Positions 1 through 8,007 of a stretch of DNA of 64,000 bases are shown here, piece after piece. The notes below the pieces were generated by a model. That model ran no database searches. It was not told where the DNA came from and saw only the letters and a list, made by a program, of their open reading frames with translations. The translations under genes and the position numbers were made by a program. Within the stretch, counting starts at the first letter, position 1. Each line of letters starts with the position of its first letter. The stretch comes from an uncultured Chlamydiae bacterium (GTDB taxonomy: Bacteria > Chlamydiota > Chlamydiia > Chlamydiales > JAJFMA01). The stretch spans positions 2,848,001 through 2,912,000 of the forward strand of contig CAVQMM010000001.1 of NCBI GenBank assembly GCA_963713615.1, given 5' to 3'.

Positions 1-30
1 TGGGAAGATTGAGGACTACTCGGCAGTATT

Positions 31-402
31 TTGGAAGTGCCGAGCCTGACTACATCGCGCAAATCCAGGAATACGATTTTCTCGATAGACAGATTTCATC
101 TTTTATTACTGATAGAGGGTATTGAAGGGATTAAAAAACCTGAAGCTTGGATGGAAGTAGCCTTAAAAGAAAACTTTTCCACTCAAAATAACAATCTCAA
201 AGAGAATCGACTCTTTACAGAGGACTTTGTGAGAAGAAATAACTGGAAGGATATCAAAATAACTCAATCCTACTGTACTCATTCGCTCTCCAGCAAAGAT
301 TACCCCTTTAAATTGCCTCCAGAAGATTTTCGGAGAATGCTCGTTGACTGCTACAAACAGTACTGCCAAAGCGAGGAAGTGGCTGATGAAAACAGAGATT
401 GA
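31..402 (+). CDS. Hypothetical protein, probably the C-terminal part of a gene starting left of the window (possibly frameshifted)
   Basis: The ORF has a TTG start, and another frame is open from the window edge to ~125. It overlaps the next gene's start, as in an operon. Confidence 0.35.
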   Translation: MEVPSLTTSRKSRNTIFSIDRFHLLLLIEGIEGIKKPEAWMEVALKENFSTQNNNLKENRLFTEDFVRRNNWKDIKITQSYCTHSLSSKDYPFKLPPEDFRRMLVDCYKQYCQSEEVADENRD

Positions 403-868
403 ATCTCCTGAAAATTCAGGAAAAATACAGGCTAAGGGAAAATATAAGAAAGGGTATTCGGGTAATCCAAGAGGAAAACCTAAAGGCGCTCGAAATAAAT
501 CCACTTTGGCAGCAGAGGCCCTTTTGGAAGGTTCTTTAGAAAAAATCTGCAGAAAAGTCGAGGGAGAGGCCTTAAATGGCAATATGCAGGCTGCAAAAAT
601 GATCATAGAGAGATTTTTACCACTGAGAAAAGATAGATGTATCGAAATCGACCTTCCCTCGATAGACACATTCGAGGATGCTCTCAATGCTGTTGGATTC
701 ATTGTCAATGCAGTAGGAAAAGGCAAGATCACCCCTTCTGAAGGAGAAATGCTTGCCAGAATGGTGGAAAGCCACTCGAAGGCTTTGGAAGTTTACCAAT
801 TCGAATCTAGGCTAAAAAACTTAGAAGAAAATCTAAACAATAGGAGTAAAAATGAAACTTGCAAATAG
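386..868 (+). CDS. DUF5681-like protein (phage/satellite-associated, small terminase-like)
   Basis: Motif KGYSGNPRGKPKGARNK followed by a helical region ending in G.ITPSE; GAGG RBS at ~373 before ATG 386. Confidence 0.7.
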   Translation: MKTEIESPENSGKIQAKGKYKKGYSGNPRGKPKGARNKSTLAAEALLEGSLEKICRKVEGEALNGNMQAAKMIIERFLPLRKDRCIEIDLPSIDTFEDALNAVGFIVNAVGKGKITPSEGEMLARMVESHSKALEVYQFESRLKNLEENLNNRSKNETCK

Positions 869-1058
869 AAAACGAGTAGAGGAGCTGGAAAAGGCTTGTA
901 ATTTTGAGAAGGGCAAGCCCTCTTATGCTCTGGTTATATACAGCGCAGAAATGGCAGATAAAATTTCTGCACTCGAGGTAGATGCTGATTTTGTGGTAGC
1001 TTTGCCTGATAATGGAAGAGGCGATCTTGGTGAAGAAATACCCAAAAGGAGGGTATAA
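852..1058 (+). pseudogene. Small hypothetical protein, copy 1 (3' end frameshifted and interrupted by ISAs1; original end at 2323)
   Basis: SYALV.YS.E..D.I..LE.DADFVVALPDNGRGDL.EE.PK is shared with 7675-7852. Removing one A at ~1044 and the IS restores PKGGYKVFFD*, matching PKGGYKVFYG* of copy 2. Confidence 0.7.
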
Positions 1059-1060
1059 GG

Positions 1061-2299
1061 CAGGGAAATTGCATGAAGAATTTAGTTTACGCCAAGCAAC
1101 CCCAATAAGTAGCCACGGTTCCACCCTGCTTTCGAACGGCGATTTTTAATCCCTGCCTTTGTCTTTTTATCTGCCTTTAAAATATTTAGCGTGGCCCGTC
1201 GAAGCACGGAAAAATTTTCCGCCCCATTATCTTTTCTTACTTTGCATCCATCCTCTGCATAGGATACATCTAGCTGCCAGTGCAACTGGTTCTCAATTGT
1301 CCAATGAGAGCGTATCGCATGGGCCATTTTCCTCGCATCGGACGAGAGGCTGGATATGTAAAACCGTGTTTCTGTTGAAGTTACACCCTTAATTGTTCTT
1401 GTACTCCTAACTGCGGCAAGACTCCTTAAACCTGTCCATTCTGTTTTTTGTGGTAGCCACTCAAGATCTTCACATACCCAAACTTCTCGTTTCTCAACTC
1501 GTCCTCGCGACTTTTCTTCGCTCACAAAAAAGTCACAACCACTGGCTTCCGGTAGACCTTCAACCACTTGCTCAAAAAAGTTTTGAGCCTCAGCATGTAG
1601 ATGTCCTTGATTCCCTTTTAGACCTATCACGTAGTCTCCTCCTTGCTCCACGATCTGCTTAACAAGTGGCCTATGACATCCTCCGGCATCCACTGTAATT
1701 GTAGCACCCCTAATATCGAGCATGGCAAGAAGCAAGGGAAAAGCAGTGATTTCATTGGATTTTAGCTCTGTTGCAAGCTGCCCTAGAACAAGTTGATTTT
1801 CCGCTGAAAATGCACTCACGATATGAATGGCTCTTACATCATTTGTCGTATCGGAAGAGTTGCATAAGGTTTTGCCGTCCAAAGCGATGATGCCACCTAT
1901 CGTTTTGGCAATATGCTGAGTCCAGTTAATAAAACACCGCTCAAACGCCTGTGGGTTGACAAAGCGGAAAAAGCGCGAGAAAGTGTCATGCGAAGGGACA
2001 CCATCAGAACACATTTGAAGCTCGTGTAACCATTCAAGATTAGACTCAGACCATAAGCTAACCTCTACCCAATCATCAGCCCCGCAAAGTATAGCGAGGA
2101 TGGCGATCGATACGATCTCGGAGACACTGTAGGCCTGGTTTCTTGCCTTACGAGGATCTGGTAGGATTGAAAACGCGAGCATGATAGAAGTTTCTCTGAC
2201 TGCATGTTGTTGTGACATTATACATCTCCCTGATGAAAAGGAGAAGTAGTCGCAACAATTTGAAAAATAGTCAAATCATTTCTTCATGCAATTTCCCTG
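1061..2299 (-). mobile_element. ISAs1-family insertion sequence, copy 1 (1239 bp)
   Basis: 20-bp perfect TIR CAGGGAAATTGCATGAAGAA; 10-bp TSD GGGTATAAGG at 1051-1060 and 2300-2309. Confidence 0.95.
1082..2218 (-). CDS. ISAs1-family transposase
   Basis: Motifs DPR, PSHDTFSR, IALDGKT, KSNEITA, TVDA, LKGNQ and HWTIENQLHWQLDV. Confidence 0.95.
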   Translation of the reverse strand: MSQQHAVRETSIMLAFSILPDPRKARNQAYSVSEIVSIAILAILCGADDWVEVSLWSESNLEWLHELQMCSDGVPSHDTFSRFFRFVNPQAFERCFINWTQHIAKTIGGIIALDGKTLCNSSDTTNDVRAIHIVSAFSAENQLVLGQLATELKSNEITAFPLLLAMLDIRGATITVDAGGCHRPLVKQIVEQGGDYVIGLKGNQGHLHAEAQNFFEQVVEGLPEASGCDFFVSEEKSRGRVEKREVWVCEDLEWLPQKTEWTGLRSLAAVRSTRTIKGVTSTETRFYISSLSSDARKMAHAIRSHWTIENQLHWQLDVSYAEDGCKVRKDNGAENFSVLRRATLNILKADKKTKAGIKNRRSKAGWNRGYLLGLLGVN

Positions 2300-2369
2300 G
2301 GGTATAAGGTGTTTTTTGATTAAAGATTTATAATTTCCTTCGGTGATAGCAGCTAAATTTTTTTCAAAA

Positions 2370-4016
2370 TTATTGGGCTATATAGGCTTGATTTGGTGAG
2401 TTCCCTCTTTCTGGATACACATATTTTAATAAACCATCTTTGACTAAAGGTGTTAGATACTGCCTGACCAAGTGTTTTTTATCTTTTCTATCGAGAAGCT
2501 CGGCAATTTGCTGAGCCGTGAGGGGGTGCCAACTACAAAGAGCATAGATCATGGACTTAAGCTCTTCTTTTTTAGGATGTTTCTTCAGCTTCTCGAGTTT
2601 TAATTTTAATTCTATTGGGAGACTCTCTTCTTTAGTAATCGCTTCCAACTGGTGTGTTTTCGGCTCAAGCTGGTGTGTTTCTTCTTTTAACTGGTGTGTT
2701 TTCTGCTCAAGCTGGTGTGTTTTGTCTTCTATTGGTGGTGATTTTTCATCTACAAAGGCGATTTTTCTATATGTTTCGGGGTGAATAGGCAGTGTAACCA
2801 AAAAGAAACTATGGTGTTCATCTGTTTTAAATATCGGCGGGGGTGACCCATTAGCTTCCATTGCATTACGGATTTTTGGTACACCTGTACAGCGTCCTTC
2901 CGTTAAATGGAGTTCCTTGAGAAAATCTCCTATTCGTCTGTTTCTGTATGTCCTAACTCGGACTGACCCCTTGTTTAAGTCTTCAATTTTGAGTGGGGGT
3001 AATGGTCCAGGAAATGATAAAATCTCAATCCGGTCGTTATGGATGCTGATTTCAATCGGCTCTCTTTGAGCGTAGTCTTTATGATAAATAGCATTTGCCA
3101 AAACTTCCTCTAAAGCAACATAAGGGTAGTTGTAGAATCGATCGGCTTCCGCGCGATCGGGGCGTTTGCGTACTTCCTCTTTAATCAACATCGACTGAAG
3201 ATACCGCAAGGCTTCTTTCAATTGGATATGGATAGGCCCTTTAAAAATCTTTTCCGAGAATCTATCCCCGATTTCATCATGAAAATCGACAACGTCTATT
3301 TGAGCATAGGGGAAGAATTTTTCAGGATGATTATTGAACATCATTAAGCCAATATTCAATGGTCTTAAAAACTCTTCAGGACCTTGGACAATTTGCATTT
3401 GGCGACAAAGGTGCGTAAAAGGGATCTTATCAACTTCAGTAAGAAGGTCGCTCTTAATTTCGCGAAGAAAATCTTTGATTATCCCAACATTAAGATCCGA
3501 TAATTGAGCCTGATGACAAATGCGGTCGTCAAAAGGTACCTGATTTGCCATTTCGTGAAGTTTTTGAATATCTGCAGGTTGTGCTTTTATCGTTGAGGAA
3601 TTGCGTCTAATAAAATGTGAATATGTGGCGTTTTTTCCAAGTGTTTCAGGGGCTTGATAAGGTCTCGTCTGGCCGCCTGGACACCAAATGACAAGAATCA
3701 TTTTGTCTTGAAAATTGACGGGCGCCACAACAGGGTTATACTGCGGGCGAATCCTATAACCCAATTCCAATATTTCCTTTTGAATTGCATCGATTTTGTT
3801 TGGAGCTAAACCGATAGGAGGGAAAATTGGTTGACCATCTTTTTCTTCGACACCTATTATTAAGTAACCTCCACCCCAATTGTTAATATCATTTGCAAAG
3901 GCAGAAACTGTACGAATGAAGGCTTCGGGATTCCACCCCGCCTTAAATTCAAGGCGTTCCCATTCAACAATCTGTCCTTTAAGTAATTCATCGATATTTA
4001 TGGGAAGAGCAGTCAT
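2370..4016 (-). CDS. AlbA_2 (Schlafen-like) / HATPase_c_4 / C-terminal HTH protein
   Basis: N-terminal E...LEFK...VSAFAN..GGYLIIGV; central ALEEVLANAIYHKDY, YRNRRIGDFLKELHLTEGRCTG; C-terminal winged-HTH-like segment. Confidence 0.85.
   Translation of the reverse strand: MTALPINIDELLKGQIVEWERLEFKAGWNPEAFIRTVSAFANDINNWGGGYLIIGVEEKDGQPIFPPIGLAPNKIDAIQKEILELGYRIRPQYNPVVAPVNFQDKMILVIWCPGGQTRPYQAPETLGKNATYSHFIRRNSSTIKAQPADIQKLHEMANQVPFDDRICHQAQLSDLNVGIIKDFLREIKSDLLTEVDKIPFTHLCRQMQIVQGPEEFLRPLNIGLMMFNNHPEKFFPYAQIDVVDFHDEIGDRFSEKIFKGPIHIQLKEALRYLQSMLIKEEVRKRPDRAEADRFYNYPYVALEEVLANAIYHKDYAQREPIEISIHNDRIEILSFPGPLPPLKIEDLNKGSVRVRTYRNRRIGDFLKELHLTEGRCTGVPKIRNAMEANGSPPPIFKTDEHHSFFLVTLPIHPETYRKIAFVDEKSPPIEDKTHQLEQKTHQLKEETHQLEPKTHQLEAITKEESLPIELKLKLEKLKKHPKKEELKSMIYALCSWHPLTAQQIAELLDRKDKKHLVRQYLTPLVKDGLLKYVYPERGNSPNQAYIAQ
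2641..2724 (-). repeat. 4 x 21-bp tandem repeat encoding (K/E)THQL(E/K)x in the linker
   Basis: CTGGTGTGTTT recurs every 21 bp. Confidence 0.9.
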
Positions 4017-4052
4017 TTCAAAGTCTGTGGTACAAATAAGTAAACATAATTT

Positions 4053-4304
4053 TTAAAGCACACCTATGAGTTGGCCTTTTTCTTTTATATTATTTTGTTT
4101 AAGGCGATCTTTTCTTTTGTAATTCGAGAAAAGCTTCTGCAATTTTTGAATTGCCAAAGGTGAGGGCTTTGCTTTTTGGTTTTCCCAACGATTAACAGTG
4201 GGAAATGAAACGCCGAGCTTGGCAGCAAACTGTTCTTGGGTTAAACCCATTTCAAGTCTGATTTCACGAATTTTTGAGGGAATAATTTTTTCAGAATCTA
4301 GCAT
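4053..4304 (-). CDS. XRE-family HTH transcriptional regulator
   Basis: IREIRLEMGLTQEQFAAKLGVSFPTVNRWENQKAKPS is a typical HTH_3 signature. Confidence 0.9.
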   Translation of the reverse strand: MLDSEKIIPSKIREIRLEMGLTQEQFAAKLGVSFPTVNRWENQKAKPSPLAIQKLQKLFSNYKRKDRLKQNNIKEKGQLIGVL

Positions 4305-4347
4305 GTCGGTACCGTGGATCTTTGACTTGCATTTTAATGCTTTTTAG

Positions 4348-4377
4348 ATATATCATTCCTTATAAATTATGATATAT
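4348..4377. promoter_or_regulatory. Candidate operator for the XRE regulator
   Basis: Perfect inverted repeat ATATATCAT-N12-ATGATATAT, about 45 bp upstream of the XRE start. Confidence 0.4.
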
Positions 4378-4702
4378 TTGCACACAAGAAGAATATGCGA
4401 ATTGCAGGCATGTACGGCGACAGCGATGATGGCACCTCGGCGACACGCAGTTGGCACCTTCCATCACCGCCCGGCGTCAGCGAGTTGGCACCTTCCATCA
4501 CCGACTGACGACAACCTCCTGGCACCTCCTCCATCACCGACCCGCGACACGCGGTTGGCACCTCCCATCACCGCCCGACGACAGTCGGTTGGCACCTAAA
4601 AACAGGCCAGAATCACCCGGGCCCAGATCCTTCTCGTCTGAAGTCCTTCCAGCCCGGTCCATACCCGCAGGGCGAGTATGGACCATCTGTTCTAACTTCT
4701 TC

Positions 4703-5035
4703 TCAGATCACTGGATCGTCTCCGATAGTCTTTCTAGTGCTACCCTCCAGAGCCTCCAAGTCTTCCTCCAATTTTGCATGAAAGGCATAGATCTGTTCCA
4801 GATATTCTGCAACAAGTTCTCTAAAACGTCTACGTAGATCTTCCTCCAAGCCAGCTACTAGGGCCAATAGCTGAAAAATCCCTTCTCGCACCTCTAAAGA
4901 TGGGGCCACATAAGTCCTGTCTCCACTTAGGGCGTTTTCTATTGAGCTATCGGCTCTACGCTCAAGCTCAGCCACCGCATTTCGTAAATCCTCAACCAAA
5001 GCCCTACTGAGAAGTATTTCTGAATGATGTTTCAT
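4703..5035 (-). CDS. Hypothetical acidic helical protein carried inside IS21
   Basis: 110-codon ORF starting 2 nt after the istB stop, inside the TIRs. Confidence 0.5.
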   Translation of the reverse strand: MKHHSEILLSRALVEDLRNAVAELERRADSSIENALSGDRTYVAPSLEVREGIFQLLALVAGLEEDLRRRFRELVAEYLEQIYAFHAKLEEDLEALEGSTRKTIGDDPVI

Positions 5036-5037
5036 GT

Positions 5038-5862
5038 TTACCTCGAATCTTGTATTTCTTGATTCATGCAAGTACTCAATGTTTTCGCCCGATCCTGGTC
5101 GGTCACACTGGCTCTTGCTTTAGCTGACAAGCTGTTCCTGCGATAACTTTCGCCGTTGATCTGGATAATTTGAGCGTCATGTACCAGCCTGTCTATTGCG
5201 GCCACCGCCATAGCTTTATCTTGAAATATGTTGGTCCATTCACTGAATGGCTGATTACATGTTATGATCAGGCTCTTTCGCTCATATCGCTCTGAGATCA
5301 GCTCAAAGAGAACATTTGTTTCCATGAGATCCTTGTTGGCATAGCCAAAATCGTCTAAAATCAAACAATCATATTTATCCAGCTTTGCTAGCGTTGTCGG
5401 TAGCGTCAGGGCCTGTTTTGAGGCTTGAAGCCTTTGAATGAGCTCGGTGGTACGCATGAACAAAACACGGAACTTGTGCTCTAAGAGTCCCGCTCCAATT
5501 GCAGCTGCCAGATGTGTTTTACCAACTCCTGAGGGGCCAAAAATCAGAATGTTTCTGCCCTCGCGTAGCCAGTTCCCACCTGAGGCTAATGTACAAATCA
5601 ACGTCTTATTGAGCGATGTCACTTTGAAGTCGAAGTCTGTAAGTGTTTTACCTAGGGGCAGGCAGGATTCCTTCAGGTGCCTGATCATACGACGATCCGT
5701 TCTTCCTGTTAATTCGTGTTCACACAAGACTTTCAGGCATTTGGCGCTTCCCCACCCTTCAAGGTCCGCTTGATGACTCATTTCTTCCCACAAAGCGGCC
5801 ATTGTTGGCAGGCGAAGCTGCTTGAGTAGTATCGGTAGTACTGCTTCTTCTTTTGTAACCAT
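5038..5862 (-). CDS. istB: IS21 helper ATPase IstB
   Basis: Walker A GPSGVGKTHLA, Walker B LILDDFGY, and AAIDRLVH...GESYR. Confidence 0.95.
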   Translation of the reverse strand: MVTKEEAVLPILLKQLRLPTMAALWEEMSHQADLEGWGSAKCLKVLCEHELTGRTDRRMIRHLKESCLPLGKTLTDFDFKVTSLNKTLICTLASGGNWLREGRNILIFGPSGVGKTHLAAAIGAGLLEHKFRVLFMRTTELIQRLQASKQALTLPTTLAKLDKYDCLILDDFGYANKDLMETNVLFELISERYERKSLIITCNQPFSEWTNIFQDKAMAVAAIDRLVHDAQIIQINGESYRRNSLSAKARASVTDQDRAKTLSTCMNQEIQDSR

Positions 5863-5878
5863 GAATCTTCTCCTAAAT

Positions 5879-7375
5879 TTATAATGTGGCGTGCTTTAAC
5901 AGCTCGTCGTATGAGCCAAGATCGTGTTGTTCAATCTCTACCAGAGGGACAACGTGCTTCGCTTCCTTAAAGTGTTGCTGTAGCTCTTCAAAGCTTGGTA
6001 TGCGTTGCTCGTTTAGTGCCTTTCGAAGCTCGGCTGCAATTTGTTGCTGGTGACCGTCTGCAGCCAGCTTTAAGATCCTCACCATTTCCTTACATGCCAT
6101 ACGCTCATCAAGCCGCGCATCCAGTAACACCCAAGCCTGGCGAAATTCATCGCTGGGAAATAAATCATCTCTAAAGATGTAGTGTCGAAACGCTTGAGGC
6201 TTGCGGACAAGCTCAGGAATGACATGGCGATAGTCGATGTTTCTTGGGCGAGGACCCGTCTTGCTCCAACGTAATCGCGGAAAAGTAATGATATGAGAGG
6301 CTGCATGAAAACACTCTAATCGGTCGTCATGAACGTGTACCGTTAACGTATGACCTATCAAGCGCGAAGGCACTGCATAATATGCCTGTCGTACGGTTAT
6401 GATGCCCGTGGTAGGAACACCGACGTTTTCTATATCGTGACTGCCTACCTTATGTTTTGGGAGAGGCTTTAGGTGCTTTCGTTCTTCAGCTACTTCAGCC
6501 TGACGTCGCGAATTGTCACTTTTAACAATTTCATCGACAAAGTTTCGATACTCTTGCAGTGAGGAAAAGTCTCTAGAACCCCTCAGGCGCAGCTTTTGAT
6601 CGATTTTATTTTTAAGATGTCTGTGCGAACTTTCAATACTGCCATTTTCATGCTTTACTCCTTTATTGTTTCGCGTGGGCTTTACATCATAGTGTGCGCA
6701 CATTTCATTGTACGCGTTTGTAAGGTCCTCTCTTGCTGATTCATTTAGATTTTTATATGCCGCTGAAAGACTATCGGTACGATGGGTTTCAGGTACCCCA
6801 CCTAGCTCCCATAACGCATTTTGAAAACCTGCAGAGAGAGCTACATGGGACTCTCCTCCCAGAATGACAAAGGCATATGCCCAGCCGCTGAATGGAACCC
6901 TGAAATGATACAGCAAATGAGGAAGCGAAGTACCCTCTATTGTTACATGCAGTTCATCGCAGTTGGTAAAGTCAGAAATGCCCTGAAAACCGGGAGGGTG
7001 GTTTTGCCGAAAGATCCGTTCCTTCTCCCTTCCATGGAGTGCTTTCCATTGCCGAACCCTTCTTTGTAGGGTTCTAAGTAGGCTGTCGGGATATTCCTGT
7101 GGATAGCGTTCCTGGAGATCCCGCATTAAGGTAATGGGCGTTAGGAACGGATCTCTTTCCAACAGGGGAACGAACTCGGTCCTCCAGACTTTCGCGAAGG
7201 GGTCTGATGAAGATCCAGATTTGGAGCGATACTCCTTGATATGAGTGCCTTTCTCGAAGCGCTTAGCGCTTCGCGTACTAATACCCGCTTTGGCAGCGGC
7301 AGTGGCCTGCATGCTGCCACCGTTTCTAATTTGCATATACAACCTCAATTGTTCTTTCGTAATTCTATTTGACAT
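5879..7375 (-). CDS. istA: IS21 DDE transposase IstA
   Basis: Motifs LRTLQRRV, PG.QGISDFT, LGGVP..HRTDS, HENGSIES and YAVPSRLIG. Confidence 0.95.
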   Translation of the reverse strand: MSNRITKEQLRLYMQIRNGGSMQATAAAKAGISTRSAKRFEKGTHIKEYRSKSGSSSDPFAKVWRTEFVPLLERDPFLTPITLMRDLQERYPQEYPDSLLRTLQRRVRQWKALHGREKERIFRQNHPPGFQGISDFTNCDELHVTIEGTSLPHLLYHFRVPFSGWAYAFVILGGESHVALSAGFQNALWELGGVPETHRTDSLSAAYKNLNESAREDLTNAYNEMCAHYDVKPTRNNKGVKHENGSIESSHRHLKNKIDQKLRLRGSRDFSSLQEYRNFVDEIVKSDNSRRQAEVAEERKHLKPLPKHKVGSHDIENVGVPTTGIITVRQAYYAVPSRLIGHTLTVHVHDDRLECFHAASHIITFPRLRWSKTGPRPRNIDYRHVIPELVRKPQAFRHYIFRDDLFPSDEFRQAWVLLDARLDERMACKEMVRILKLAADGHQQQIAAELRKALNEQRIPSFEELQQHFKEAKHVVPLVEIEQHDLGSYDELLKHATL

Positions 7376-7674
7376 CCTAACTCTCGCTTAAGTTTGGGGA
7401 CGTCAGCATTCTAAATGCTCTCTTGCAAGCTCCCAAGAAAGGACTGAAAGATTTGAGGGATTGGGCCGTTGATTCTGGCCTGTTTTTAGGTGCCAACCGA
7501 CTGTCGTCGGGCGGTGATGGGAGGTGCCAACCGCGTGTCGCGGGTCGGTGATGGAGGAGGTGCCAGGAGGTTGTCGTCAGTCGGTGATGGAAGGTGCCAA
7601 CTCGCTGACGCCGGGCGGTGATGGAAGGTGCCAACTGCGTGTCGCCGAGGTGCCATCATCACTGTCGCCGTACA

Positions 7675-7852
7675 TTGTAGTTTGGAGGAGAGCAAATCTT
7701 CTTATGCTCTCGTCGTCTACAGCCCAGAAATCCACGACCAAATCGACTCGCTCGAAATAGATGCCGATTTTGTAGTCGCCTTGCCCGATAATGGAAGAGG
7801 CGATCTTATCGAAGAAGTACCCAAAGGAGGCTACAAAGTGTTTTACGGTTAA
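7675..7852 (+). pseudogene. Small hypothetical protein, copy 2, 5'-truncated by IS21
   Basis: Paralogue of 852-1058 beginning immediately after the IS21 end (CSLEESKSSYALVVYS...). Confidence 0.7.
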
Positions 7853-8007
7853 GTTTTTTAAAATCTTTTTTCTCAGTCAGCATGGAATTGAGTATCAGGG
7901 TTGCCGCATGAAAATAGCGCCAAAAATCTAACTTGCGCAGGAAGAAGAAAGTCTCTTCGAAAAAACAGGTGCTTCGAGGTACAATCGAAGGGCTTGAGGT
8001 TTTGAAC

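Larger units (their letters stand above)
4411..7674 (-). mobile_element. IS21-family element with 205-bp terminal inverted repeats and a passenger ORF
   Basis: TGTA...TACA ends; 4411-4615 is the reverse complement of 7470-7674 with one mismatch seen; contains istA and istB; no TSD seen. Confidence 0.93.

Noticed and set aside
4411..4615. CRISPR-like mini-array (TGGCACC.TCCATCACCG repeats), mirrored at 7470-7674
   Set aside because: The 'spacers' are ~15 nt and resemble each other, the block is the IS21 inverted end, and there are no cas genes.
4367..7760. Short ORFs over the IS21 ends and other 60-190-aa antisense ORFs across the window
   Set aside because: They are translations of repeats or shadows of well-supported genes, with no recognisable motifs.
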